DNA of 64,000 bases from Macrostomum lignano (Eukaryota). The notes below the pieces were generated by a model, which worked only from the letters and a program-made list of their open reading frames with translations, ran no database searches and had not been told where the DNA came from. The translations under genes and the position numbers were made by a program. This document shows positions 50,792-62,143 of the stretch, one piece after another. Position 1 is the stretch's first letter. Every line of letters starts with the position of its first letter. Location: contig NIVC01000513.1 in NCBI GenBank assembly GCA_002269645.1, forward strand, positions 186,001-250,000, written 5' to 3'.

Positions 50792-51170
50792 CAGCTGTCA
50801 CCCCTCTGTAGCTGTCACCCCTCTGTAGCTGTCACCCCTCTGTAGTTGTCACCCCTCTGTAGCTGTCACCCCTCTGTAGCTGTCACCCCTCTGTAGCTGT
50901 CACCCCTCTGTAGCTGTCACCCCTCTGTAGCTGTCACCCCTCTGTAGCTGTCACCCCTCTGTAGCTGTCACCCCTCTGTAGCTGTCACCCCTCTGTAGCT
51001 GTCACCCCTCTGTAGCTGTCACCCCTCTGTAGCTGTCACCCCTCTGTAGCTGTCACCCCTCTGTAGCTGTCACCCCTCTGTAGCTGTCACCCCTCTGTAG
51101 ATGTCACCCCTCTGTAGCTGTCACCCCTCTGTAGCTGTCACCCCTCTGTAGCTGTCACCCCTCTGTAGCT
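50792..51170. repeat. Minisatellite, 17-bp GCTGTCACCCCTCTGTA (~22 near-identical copies)
   Basis: Almost perfect array. Confidence 0.97.
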
Positions 51171-51989
51171 CCTAAGTATTAAGTTAACCAAATTATTCAG
51201 TCAACTTCACAATGCAACTACATGCCAGCTTATACTCGTAGTGGCTGCTATAAAAACATACAAAAACACTGCAATACCATCTGGCACTCTCAATCGAAAC
51301 AGCTAGACTTAATTAGTAAGGAAATGCTTTCCAGAGGAGCATATAATCCTTTCTGCAAACATCTGCCATTAGAGGTACTCGAGTCGTTTTAGCAGCTGTC
51401 CTCCGTGCTCAAGGGTTCTGATTCTCACTGTTCCAGTCGTAGGCGTTTAGCGCTGAGTTCGTGACTATCCATGATGATGAAGATCATGTGTGTCATGTCA
51501 TTGAGAGAAAGTCAGGGCCGCTGAGCAACCTCTGTGCGACTTTTCTGGACCAGAGATAGCCGGGGTATTTTTTACTCCAAAATAATTGCCTTTCATCCCG
51601 TGCTGGGTCGCAGGTGCAAAAACAAATCGTCGACATCGTTTTGAATAGAAGCTGAAACGCGAATTCCCTGTGTTTTTCTGCTGTCTCAAACGACATCAGG
51701 TGGTGCCTTATAAAAGCGCTTGTTTTGAGGCAAAAATTCTCAGACCGACTGTAAAAACATCAGTACACGACCGATCGGGTACAGTCCCCCGCCTCCCAAT
51801 GAGTAAAAATAGACAACTGACTATCAACACCAAGGTTTGCATGCGTCTCTCACTCTGAACTGCGTCTTCAGGTTTATTTTTTGACGACAGAATAAACATA
51901 ACAGCCAGTGCACAATTGCTGAGAAAATACTGAGGTTTGAAGTCTGGGTCTCATCTTTTCTATCCTCATCGAAGATATGAAGTGAGAAG

Positions 51990-52955
51990 CGACTTCACAT
52001 CTCCGACACTTCATATCTCCGACACTTCCATTTCTCCGACACTTCATATCTCCGACACTTCATATCTCCGACACTTCATTTCTCCGACACTTCATATCTC
52101 CGACACTTCATATCTCCGACACTTCATATCTCCGATACTTCATATCTCCGACACTTCATATCTCCGACACTTCATATCTCCGACACTTCATATCTCCGAC
52201 ACTTCATATCTCCGACACTTCATATCTCCGACACTTCACATCTCCGACACTTCATATCTCCGACACTTCATATCTCCGACACTTTATATCTCCGATACTT
52301 CATATCTCCGACACTTCATATCTCCGACACTTCATATCTCCGACACTTCATATCTCCGACACTTCATATCTCCGACACTTCATATCTCCGACACTTCACA
52401 TCGCCGACACTTCACATCTCCGACATTTCATATCTCCGATACTTCATATCTCCGACACTTCACATCTCCGACACTTCATATCTCCGACACTTCATATCTC
52501 CGACACTTCATATCTCCGACATTTCATATCTCCGACACTTCATATCTCCGACACTTTATATCTCCGACACTTCACATCTCCGACATTTCATATCTCCGAC
52601 ACTTCATATCTCCGACACTTCACATCGCCGACATTTCATATCTCCGACACTTCACATCTCCGACACTTCATATCTCCGACACTTCATATCTCCGACACTT
52701 CATATCTCCGACATTTCATATCTCCGACACTTCATATCTCCGACACTTCATATCTCCGACACTTTATATCTCCGATACTTCATATCTCCGACACTTCATA
52801 TCTCCGACATTTCATATCTCCGACACTTCATATCTCCGATACTTCACATCTCCGACACTTCATATCTCCGACACTTTATATCTCCGACACTTCACATCGC
52901 CGACACTTCACATCTCCGACACTTCACATCTCCGATACTTCACATCTCCGACATT
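51990..52955. repeat. Minisatellite, 16-bp CTTCATATCTCCGACA (~60 copies)
   Basis: Tandem array; source of the spurious 348-aa ORF. Confidence 0.97.
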
Positions 52956-53289
52956 TCGCTCTAAATTTATAATAAATAAATAAATGAATGGATATTGACA
53001 ATTCGAATTTTATGGAGTGGTATATATTTCTTTCCGAATAATGAGACACTCAACAGTTATTACAGGAGTCTACATGGGTAGTGCAGTCTCGCAGGGTGGG
53101 ATATAGGATAATATGCGCGAATGCTAGGATTAAGGATTAACAAAACAGTCTGTCCTGATCAAATTTTCCTGATCACTGATCAATCCTGATCTTCCTGATC
53201 GCTTCGATACCTGCAGGGGAATAACGCACTGACTTCAAAGAAACATGGGAAAATAACAGCTGAGATGGACTGAAACGATATATATCGAC

Positions 53290-53630
53290 TGCATAGCAAC
53301 AGCATAGCAATAGCATAGCAACGGCATAGCAAATGCATAGCAACTGCACAGAAACTGCAAAACAACTGCGTAGCAACTGCCTAGAAACTGCATAGCAACT
53401 GCATAGCAACTGCCTAGAAACTGCATAGCAACTGCATAGCAACTGCATAGCAACTGCATAGCAACTGCATAGCAACTGCATAGCAACAGCATAGCAATTG
53501 TATGAGTATGTGCTGCTACTACAGACTGCAATAGCTAAGTGACAAAAGCCAATATTTTAAGACAAATACATTAATTATAGTATCTAGGTGGCAATAGCCT
53601 AGCAACAGCATAGCAACAGCATAGGGACAG
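53290..53630. repeat. 11-bp repeat GCAACTGCATA downstream of the YWPGMW precursor
   Basis: Tandem array, same unit as 54340-54600. Confidence 0.93.
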
Positions 53631-53823
53631 TACAGATACAGTTCGCTGTTACCGCAACATGCCGTTAAAATAGAAACGCCAAGCTCAGAGACGCACAAAA
53701 CCGTTTGGTGTTGGTGGGGTTGATGACATTCGGAGAAAACGACACACGATACAATACGTAGAACTTGTCGGCCTCCAAAAGGTTTGTCTATAAGATGAAA
53801 CCAACCAAGATAGCAAGAACTGC

Positions 53824-54711
53824 TCAATCATAGTAGTAATAATAGTTGTTGTGCAGGCCGTTCAGGATGCTGCAGGCGGCGGGGTCGCCAGTCTCGCCGC
53901 AGGCTTTGCCCAGCCAGTACGGATGGTCGTTGCCGTAGCCGTAGGACCGCTTGGACGGCCGGCGCTGCTGGTAGCGCCACATGCCAGGCCAGTAGTAGGC
54001 GCGCTTGCCCTCCAGTGGCGAGCTCTCGTCGTAGTAGCGATCGAAGTTCCACATGCCAGGCCAGTAGTAGCCTCGCTTGGCGTACCTGGCCCCGCCGTAG
54101 TAGTCGTAGTAGCGCTCCCCGTAGCCGCCGCCGTCGCTTCGGTCGAACTGCCACATTCCCGGCCAGTAGCTGGCTCGGCGCTCCATCAGGCTGGCGGAAG
54201 CTGGCAGACCGGCCGTTGGTTTGGCGCAGAAGCAGATGGTGTACAGCAGGAGCAGAGCCAGCGGAGCGGCCAGGCGGACTGTCTGCGGCCTGAGCAGGGG
54301 AGAGTGGCGAACCGATGCGTTCGAGATTAAGTTTGGAATAGCATGGCAACCGCATAGCAACCGCATTACAGCTGCAAAGTAACTGCATGTATATTAACCG
54401 CATAGAAACTGCATGGTAATGGCATATAGCATCGGCATGGGAAAAGCATAGCAACTACATAGCAACCGCATGGAAACCGCATAGCAACAGCATAGCAACT
54501 GCATGGAAACCGCATAGCAACAGAATAGCAACTGCATAGCAACTGCATAGTAACGGTACAGCAACCGCACAGCAACTGCATAGCAACTGCAACCGCACTG
54601 TAACTCATACGAGAGCCGAGTGAAAAATCGGTTAGCAGAATCTGGTGAAACTGAGCAATATGAAGTGAAAAGTAAAAAATAAAAGCCAGCTTACTTTCCA
54701 AGAGTTGTCAT
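53824..54711 (-). CDS. Secreted Tyr/Trp/Gly-rich peptide precursor with three YWPGMW repeats, 2 exons, ~160 aa
   Basis: Exon 54711-54695 (MTTLG, AA|GTAAGC) and exon 54289-53824 (CTCAG|G; phase 2). Signal peptide LAAPLALLLLYTICFCAKPTAG; RR-ASYWPGMW, KR-GYYWPGMW, KR-AYYWPGMW; further RR/KR sites. Confidence 0.85.
54340..54600. repeat. 11-bp repeat GCAACTGCATA inside the precursor intron
   Basis: Tandem array. Confidence 0.93.
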
Positions 54712-55299
54712 TCCGGACGCGGTAGACTTAAACAGCAGTCAGATCAGAGCCTCAAGAGTTGCGGCAGCTCGAAGTCCAGCGGTTCTTCCCAGCAGGAGGG
54801 AACTGGGATAATTTATAGAGCATTCGGCCAGCCAATCAGAACCTTGCCAGCAATGCGCAATCGATAGGATATTTAGAATCGCCTCATCAAGGATCTGCCG
54901 ATCTGGGTCTGGTTTGATCTGATGGCCAAATATGGATCTGCTGGTGGCCGCCTACACGTGTCCTGACCCGTTCCTCCACGGGCTGGTTCCTGACAAGATA
55001 TGGGATATTATTCTCCGCTTCGATTCTAAAATTAGCCTTGAAAGATGAGAAAACAGAAATATAAAATCTTGGCTGCAGAGACGCCTTCTCGACTCTCGGC
55101 ACAGTTTTGAGTCTAAAAGTCAACAGACTTGCCTCGATACAGGACAGCAGGGCAAAATATCCGACTGCAATGTTTTTGACATTGTAAAATGACTTATAAG
55201 GTTTCTCATCGTTTTGAATAATTATAGCATTTGCATCTTAAGAAAAATATACAAAAACAACCTTCGTAGGAGTTTCCTATGTGTAAAAATTCTGTCTAA

Positions 55300-55625
55300 C
55301 ATGCAAAATCATTTCTAACATGTACACTTTTGTCCCACATGTACACTCCTATCTAACATGCACACTCCTATCTAACATGTACACTTATCTAACATGTACA
55401 CTTTATCTAACATGTACAGTCCTATCTGACATGTGCACTCTTATCTAACATGTACACTATTATCTAACATGAACACTCCTATCTAACATGTACACTCCTA
55501 TCTAACATGTACACTCTTATCTAACATGAACACTCCTATCTAACATGTACACTCCTGTCTAACAAGTACACTCTTTAACATGTACACTCCTATCTAACAT
55601 GTACACTCTTGTCTAACATGTACAC
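55300..55625. repeat. Minisatellite, ~19-20-bp TCTAACATGTACACTCCTA
   Basis: Tandem array. Confidence 0.94.
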
Positions 55626-56010
55626 TCCGAAAATAATTTGAATAAAACGCCCAGCTTACATTTCTTTCCATTCCACGAAGCCCCTCCCAAACAATGTTGT
55701 GCAGGGCAGAACCAACTCAAAAATGTTCAAGAATGCCCTGGCGTCAACTCCCGCTGTGCCGAGCTCGTCTAGAAAGCTTCACGCGCAAACAGGTTCAGAG
55801 TTTTACAATCTGATAGAAAAATTTTGAAATCAGCTCTTTGACGTGGCTGACGACCTGTCGAAAGTCGAGGCTAATGAAGCGTGCTTGTCACGCATTACAT
55901 GGATCTCATTAAAATCCTGTTTCCCCACTCAAACTGGACTAACGAAAAAAAATGAAGAAGCTAAAAATGATTTAAAGAGATACATTTTTGTCACAAGATT
56001 TAATAGAAAA

Positions 56011-56190
<180 letters not shown>

Positions 56191-56639
56191 GAATCAGCAG
56201 TCGCAGCGGATGGTGCCAGGCAGTCATAAATAAGAAGGCAATGCTGAGGCACTCGCAGACTCTCAGCCCCATCTCAATGCTAATTATGCTAATCCAGTCT
56301 ATAAAACTGATTGAACTGCAAGCTTTTTACGAGCGCGGCATTCCGGAAGCGCAAATAAAACCCCACGACCCGACTCTGGCCGCCTCCGCGATGGCGGATC
56401 CGGTAACACGAAAGTGAGCAAGCAGGAGCTGAATTTGAATTACAGCCGTTAATAAATTTTTGAATTGAGTTGGTAATTTTGCTTGGCAACGGAGGCGAGC
56501 CAACACTGTTTCATTTCTGAGCCAGCTGCTTTTGCGCAAGGAATGCCTTGTGCGGTTCGGCTGTGCAGTGCACTGAAAGCCACTTTTAGTTCATCAAAGA
56601 TTGACGTAAAAACTGTAAGCCTATGGAGATTCTATCGGG

Positions 56640-57090
56640 TATTCTAATCTCAGGGGGAGATTCTCTAATCTCTGCGGGGTCAGTAAGTCTCTGATCTCAT
56701 CGGGGAGATTCTCTAATCTCTGCGGGGTCAGTAAGTCTCTGATTTCATGGAGGGATTCTCTAATCTCTGCGGAGTCGGTAAGCCTCTAATCTCATGGGGA
56801 GATTCTCTAATCTCTGCGGGGTCAGTAAGTCCTAATCTCAGGGGGAGATTCTCTAATCTCTGCGGAGTCGGTAAGCCTCTTGAATCTCATGGGGGAGATT
56901 CTCTGATCTCTGCGGAGTCGGTAAGCCTCTAATCTCATGGGGAGATTCTCTAATCTTTGCGGAGTCGGTAAGCCTCTAATCTCATGGGGAGATTCTCTAA
57001 TCCCTGCGGAGTCGGTAAGCCTCTAATCTCATGGGGAGATTCTCTAACCTCTGCGGAGTCGGTAAGCCTCTAATCTCGGTGGGAGATGTT
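56640..57090. repeat. Minisatellite, ~47-bp GCGGAGTCGGTAAGCCTCTAATCTCATGGGGAGATTCTCTAATCTCT
   Basis: Tandem array. Confidence 0.93.
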
Positions 57091-57554
57091 TCAACCTCTG
57101 AGGTTGGGAAATGTTTAATCTCAAGGAGGCAAAACCTTATCTCCCACTGAATCGATACAGCTCGCTATTTACCTGTCTATAAATAGCGATATCATGGCTA
57201 ATAAAAAACGGAAACAATGCTGCAGGTTTCCACAAAACGTGCTGAATAGCTTGCATTAGAATTAATACTTCAGGCAGCCGGCTCTCTCAGCTTGCAGTCC
57301 GAAGGATTCTGCAAGACACGGGGCTGGGGGTGTGGAAGCAGGTTCAAATATTTGAACAAGCAAGAGGCGGAGGCAGGCAGGGAGGGAGACAGACAGTCAC
57401 ATCCCAACAATGTCCATGGTAGGAAATTTAGTCTCGAATGCTCAAAGGAAACTTTTTTCTTAGCTATTTTTGACTATTTGGGAAATAGGATCCGGCCGGG
57501 GCTGATACAGTGACTGGTTCTGGGCCACTTTATTGACACAGTTCTCTCATTTTT

Positions 57555-57915
57555 CACCCTTGCCTCTCTACCTCTCACACTGTCTCTCTCCCTCTCACCC
57601 TGTCTCTCTCTCTCACACTGTCTCTCTCTCTCTCACCCTGTCTCTCTCCCTCTCACCCTGTCTCTCTCTCTCACACTGTCTCTCTCTCTCTCACCCTGTC
57701 TCTCTCCCTCTCTCATCCTGTCTCTCTCCCTCTCACCCTCTTCTCTTTCCCTCTCACCCTGTCTCTCTCCCTCTCACCCTCTCTCTCCCTCTCACCCTGT
57801 CTCTCTTCCTCTCTCATCCTGTCTCTCTCCCTCGTCTCTCTCCCTCATCCTCATCTCTCCATCTCACCCTCGTCTCTCTCCTTCTCATCCCGTCTCTCTC
57901 CCTCTTACCCCAGTC
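57555..57915. repeat. CT-rich repeat (CTCTCACCCTGTCTCTCT..)
   Basis: Direct reading. Confidence 0.92.
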
Positions 57916-58679
57916 TACTCTCGCTCTTAACAGCCTAATATAACTTTTGACGACTAACCGCAGTCATGCCTGCTTAACCTTCATGTCAATCTGTTTCGCT
58001 CTCAGTCAAAAAGAGGAACTTGTTATTCCCTCTCCCAGTCAAAACAGACGCCACTGCCGCTACAACAAGGCGTTATCTGGTTGCCCAGAATGGAGTATAG
58101 ATTACACAAAAAACCATAGCCGACATCATATACTCGTAGGACTCTCCATCATCGCGCAGCCTCCCAGGTAATATTGAATTAAGATAAAGGCAGATGGCCA
58201 ACTTACCCAGAGTGGAATATAAATAGACAAACATTTGGTGCGTGCCAGTTTAGCACTGCCCGCTCCAATACCCAGGTAAATTGACAGGTCAATAACCGGT
58301 AAGTGAGGGGGTACCCGTGGGCCATGTCTACTGGAGTTAGGAGGTCCACCATCAATCTCTCTACTTATTTGCGCCAGGCGATCTTATTTTAATTTCCGAT
58401 CATTCTGCGTTTGAGCGATGAAAGCGCGTTGGGATGAAATCGTGCGGTGAATCCAGAGGGAGTGCTGGAGTCAGTTGGTGTTCTTGGGAAACTATCGGTG
58501 TGATAAAAGCTTAAATAAATATTTTCCTGAAATTTGAAGATCTGACTAAATTTTATTGTTGGATTTTTAATGAGCGAATTTAATTTGGGATTCAATAGTA
58601 AACCCGATGGAGTTCTGATTCCGGAGTTTTTGAAGAGAATTTGAGTATGAATAGATTAATTTTTTAGGGGAATTCCAGA

Positions 58680-59290
58680 GGGGAATCTTTAGAGTTCCAG
58701 GGAGAATCTCAAGAGTTCCAGAGGGGATTCTCAAGAGTTCCAGAGGGGAATCTCAAGAGTTCCAGAGGGTAATCTCAAGAGTTCCAGAGGGTAATCTCAA
58801 GAGCTCCAGAGGGTAATCTCAAGAGCTCCAGAGGGGAATCTCAAGAGTTCCAGAGGGGAATCTCAAGAGCTCCAGAGGGGAATCTCAAGAGCTCCAGAGG
58901 GGAATCTCAAGAGCTCCAGAGGGGAATCTCAAGAGCTCCAGAGGGGAATCTCAAGAGCTCCAGAGGGGAATCTCAAGAGTTCCAGAGGGGAATCTCAAGA
59001 GTTCCAGAGGGGAATCTCAAGAGTTCCAGAGGGTAATCTCAAGAGTTCCAGAGGGTAATCTCAAGAGTTCCAGAGGGTAATCTCAAGAGTTCCAGAGGGG
59101 AATCTCAAGAATAATTCCAGAGGGGAATCTCAAGAGTTCCAGAGGGGAATCTTAAGAAGAACTCCAGAGGAAAATTTAAAGAATACCAGAAGGGAATCTA
59201 AAGAGAATTCCAGAGGGGAATCTCAAGGATAATTCCAGGGGGGAATCTCCAGGAGAATTCCAGAGGGGAATCTCAAGGATAATCCCAGAG
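58680..59290. repeat. Minisatellite, 22-bp GAGTTCCAGAGGGGAATCTCAA
   Basis: Tandem array. Confidence 0.96.
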
Positions 59291-59979
59291 GGAATTTCAG
59301 TAGCAATCTCAGGATTCTGAAGACAGTTAAAATTGAGCACTAACAAGGAAAATCCAATTAAATATTTTTGAGACAATAGCAGAGTGCGCAGAAGTGCAAT
59401 AAAAAATTGCAAAATCAAAATTCAAAGTCAAAAACCCGATTAGAAAGTTGAACTTCATTTATTGAATTATTTTTACTTTTTTCATTGAAACTTTCGAAAA
59501 AACGTAACAAAAAACTTCAGTATTGCAGAGAGTCGGTTTGTAAGCGAGATTATAAAATATGTAATTCGGGTTAAACAAACAACTAAAGAGCTAAATTTTC
59601 CATTTTCGATTAATTAAAAATTGGGCCATTATTATGCGATTAACAAAACAAATAACGAATGAATAAGATTGTTGCAAGACACATTCTATGTAGCTATTCA
59701 AAAATTATTTTTCAAGATATCTACGAGTATATGGTACTCGTAATACTATTGCAAATAAATCTCTTAGCACAGAGATTAATAATATTTATTAACATAAATC
59801 GTAACGAAAAATCTGTCAGTTTTGCGCTTTAGACTGCGGAAAAAGTTTAAAGAATGTCAAGCTGAACTGACCAAAGCTCAGACTCCCATAACTTTGCGAG
59901 CGGCGAGGCCCTGCAAAATTTACAAAAAAAATAATTTCTGATAAATTAATTTTTAATAAATTATTCGGGGATTTGTGGA

Positions 59980-60140
59980 TTTGGGTAGATTTTGGGAGAT
60001 TTAGGGGATTTGGGGAGATTTAGGGGATTTCGGGAGATTGAAGGATTTTGGGAGATTTTGGGATTTGGGGAGATTTGATGAATTCGGGGACATTTGAGAT
60101 TTGGAGATTTGGGGATTTGGGGAGATTTGGAAGATGAGGG
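59980..60140. repeat. Degenerate GGGGATTT/GGAGATTT repeat
   Basis: Direct reading. Confidence 0.8.
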
Positions 60141-60224
60141 ATTCAGAAGAAACTACTCATTGGCATTGAGTCAGTAGTGCAAGTGGGGCATGAATACAGC
60201 AAGACAAAAAGACCCGCAGCTCAC

Positions 60225-60566
60225 TTGGGCGGCTCCAGATGCGGGTTCTCGTTGGGCTCGTCTTGGCCGAAACCGGCGGGACGAAGCTGCGCCTCTTCGA
60301 CCGTCAGCAGCTCCAGCTCCATCTCCACCTTGCCCTGCCGATGCGGGATTTCAGTATTGAGGTGTCGGGACCAACCAGCCTCTCAGCAAAGCTGCCCGAT
60401 CTTCAACTTCTCATTTGACTTCTTATATTTCTAATCAAATTTCAGCTCTGCTTCCAAGTTGATCACCGTCTCGCCAATCACGTCATCGGAGCTGAGGAAG
60501 TCGTAGTCCTTGACGCGGATGTACATGTCTTTGTCGATTGGCAGGATGCACTTCAGCTCGAATATC
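60225..60566 (-). pseudogene. Ferlin (myoferlin/otoferlin-like) remnant: C2E exon fragment joined to the exon ending C2F
   Basis: From acceptor GCAG|G at 60566: IFELKCILPIDKDMYIRVKDYDFLSSDDVIGETVINLE, then in-frame TAG (60433) and TGA, then CAG|GKVEMELELLTVEEAQLRPAGFGQDEPNENPHLEPP with donor GTGAGC at 60224. Missed by the ORF track. Confidence 0.8.
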
Positions 60567-60599
60567 CTGCGAATGTGGGGGATGAGCGGCGCTGGCATT

Positions 60600-61500
60600 A
60601 AGGATTAGGAATTTGAGGACCAAGGACTTTCGGGTCAGGAATTTGAGGGTCAGGGATTTAAGAATCAGGGATGCGAGGATCAGGGATTTGGGGATCAGGG
60701 ATTTGAGGATCAGGGATTTGAGGATCAGGGATTTGAGGATCAGGGATTTAAGAATCAGGGATGCGAGGATCAGGGATTTGGGGATCAGGGATTTGAGGAT
60801 CAGGGATTTGAGGATCAGGGATTTGAGGATCAGGTATTTGAGGATCAGGGATTTGAGGATCAGGGATTTGAGGGTCCCAAGGACTTTCGGGTCAGGAATT
60901 TGAGGATCAGGGATTTAAGAATCAGGGATGCGAGGATCAGGGATTTGGGGATCAGGGATTTGAGGATCAGGGATTTGAGGATCAGGGATTTGAGGATCAG
61001 GGATTTGAGGATCAGGGATTTGAGGATCAGGGATTTGAGGATCAGGGATTTGAGGATCAGGGATTTGAGAATCAGGGATTTGAGGATCAGGGATTTGAGG
61101 ATCAGGGATTTGAGGGTCCCAAGGACTTTCGGGTCAGGGATTTGAGGATCAAGGGATTTGAGGATCAGGGATTTGAGGATCAGGGATTTGAGGATCAGGG
61201 AGTTGAGGATCAGGGAGTTGAGGATCAGGGATTTGAGGATCAGGGATTTGAGGATCAGGGAGTTGAGGATCAGGGATTTGAGGATCAGGGATTTGAGGAT
61301 CAGGGATTTGAGGGTCCCAAGGACTTTCGGGTCAGGGATTTGAGGATCAAGGGATTTGAGGATCAGGGATTTGAGGATCAGGGATTTGAGGATCAGGGAT
61401 TTGAGGATCAGGGAGTTGAGGATCAGGGAGTTGAGGATCAGGGATTTGAGGATCAGGTATTTGAGGATCAGGGATTTGAGGATCAGGGATTTGAGGATCA
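60600..61500. repeat. Minisatellite, 15-bp GGATTTGAGGATCAG with higher-order blocks
   Basis: Marker CCAAGGACTTTCGGGTCAGG recurs at 60620, 60877, 61119, 61317. Confidence 0.96.
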
Positions 61501-61745
61501 GATTTGAGAAACAAGTAGGCAACAGAACTAAGAGAAATACGAGTATTCTGGAGATTTTACCTTGATGCCTAACTGCTTTTTTGATAAGCGAGTATATCTT
61601 CTGTAGTAAATTTAAAATTTTCTCATAATTATTTGAGCTGATAAAAAGAAGAATTGCATGGAAAATTGTATTGAAATATACGTGTACTAATAAAAAGTAG
61701 TAGGAAAATAAACGTCAACGAAAATGTATAGTACAATTTTTCTTT

Positions 61746-61796
61746 TTAGCCAACGCGTTTCGTCAAACATTGAGTCAAAGACGTCGTCAGGGCCAA
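61746..61796 (-). ncRNA. Minimal type I hammerhead ribozyme (Penelope/retrozyme type)
   Basis: Minus strand: UUGGCC (stem I) CUGACGA c GUC-15nt-GAC (stem II) GAAA C gc G UU GGCUAA (stem I'). Palindromic ACGCGU stem III; GUU cleavage triplet. Confidence 0.75.
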
Positions 61797-61812
61797 TTTA
61801 CTAATTCACCTT

Positions 61813-62068
61813 AATTCAATCAATGGTAGGTTAATATGAAGCACGAATTCAAGTTAATGGCCAAGGGCTACCGTTTTTATTAACAGCGTTTAAAAGTTGA
61901 AATTTTCATTTTCATCATTCGTCATTTTCCTATGTGACACCGTTGCTACATCTTATCAGGGACGATTTCGCAAAAGTAAGTAGCATAGGAAAAAATGCGA
62001 GCGAAGCGAAGCGAAAATTTGGCCATTAACTTGAATTCGTGCTTCATATTAGCTGCATTGATTGAATT
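61813..62068. mobile_element. 256-bp inverted-repeat module (MITE or Crypton terminus)
   Basis: ~50-bp inverted repeats 61813-61864 and 62019-62068 (core TAATATGAAGCACGAATTCAAGTTAATGGCCAA); internal GCGAGCGAAGCGAAGCG motif; no TSD seen. Confidence 0.75.
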
Positions 62069-62143
62069 GTCTATGGGTGAAAAGGCGGGAAAGAAAATAT
62101 CGATGCGTACACTTCATGTCAATGGACAGTACCGCAGATAACA

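Noticed and set aside
50340-50801. Minus-strand frame of ~150 codons with a single TGA (readthrough or selenocysteine)
   Set aside because: No recognisable domain, no Cys-like context around the TGA, no SECIS seen; compatible with chance.
51471-51524. C/D box snoRNA (ATGATGA...CTGA)
   Set aside because: Too short, no terminal stem, no recognisable rRNA guide and no evident host intron.
55841-55875. Hammerhead look-alike CTGACGA-CCTGTC-GAAA
   Set aside because: Stem II cannot form and there is no stem I complement or UH site.
56200-58330. GPCR-like hydrophobic scraps on the minus strand (...AWHHPLR at ~56220; MVFCVIYTPFW at ~58100)
   Set aside because: Interrupted by stops, weak motifs, and the TM6-like piece lies upstream of the TM3-like piece, the wrong order for one gene.
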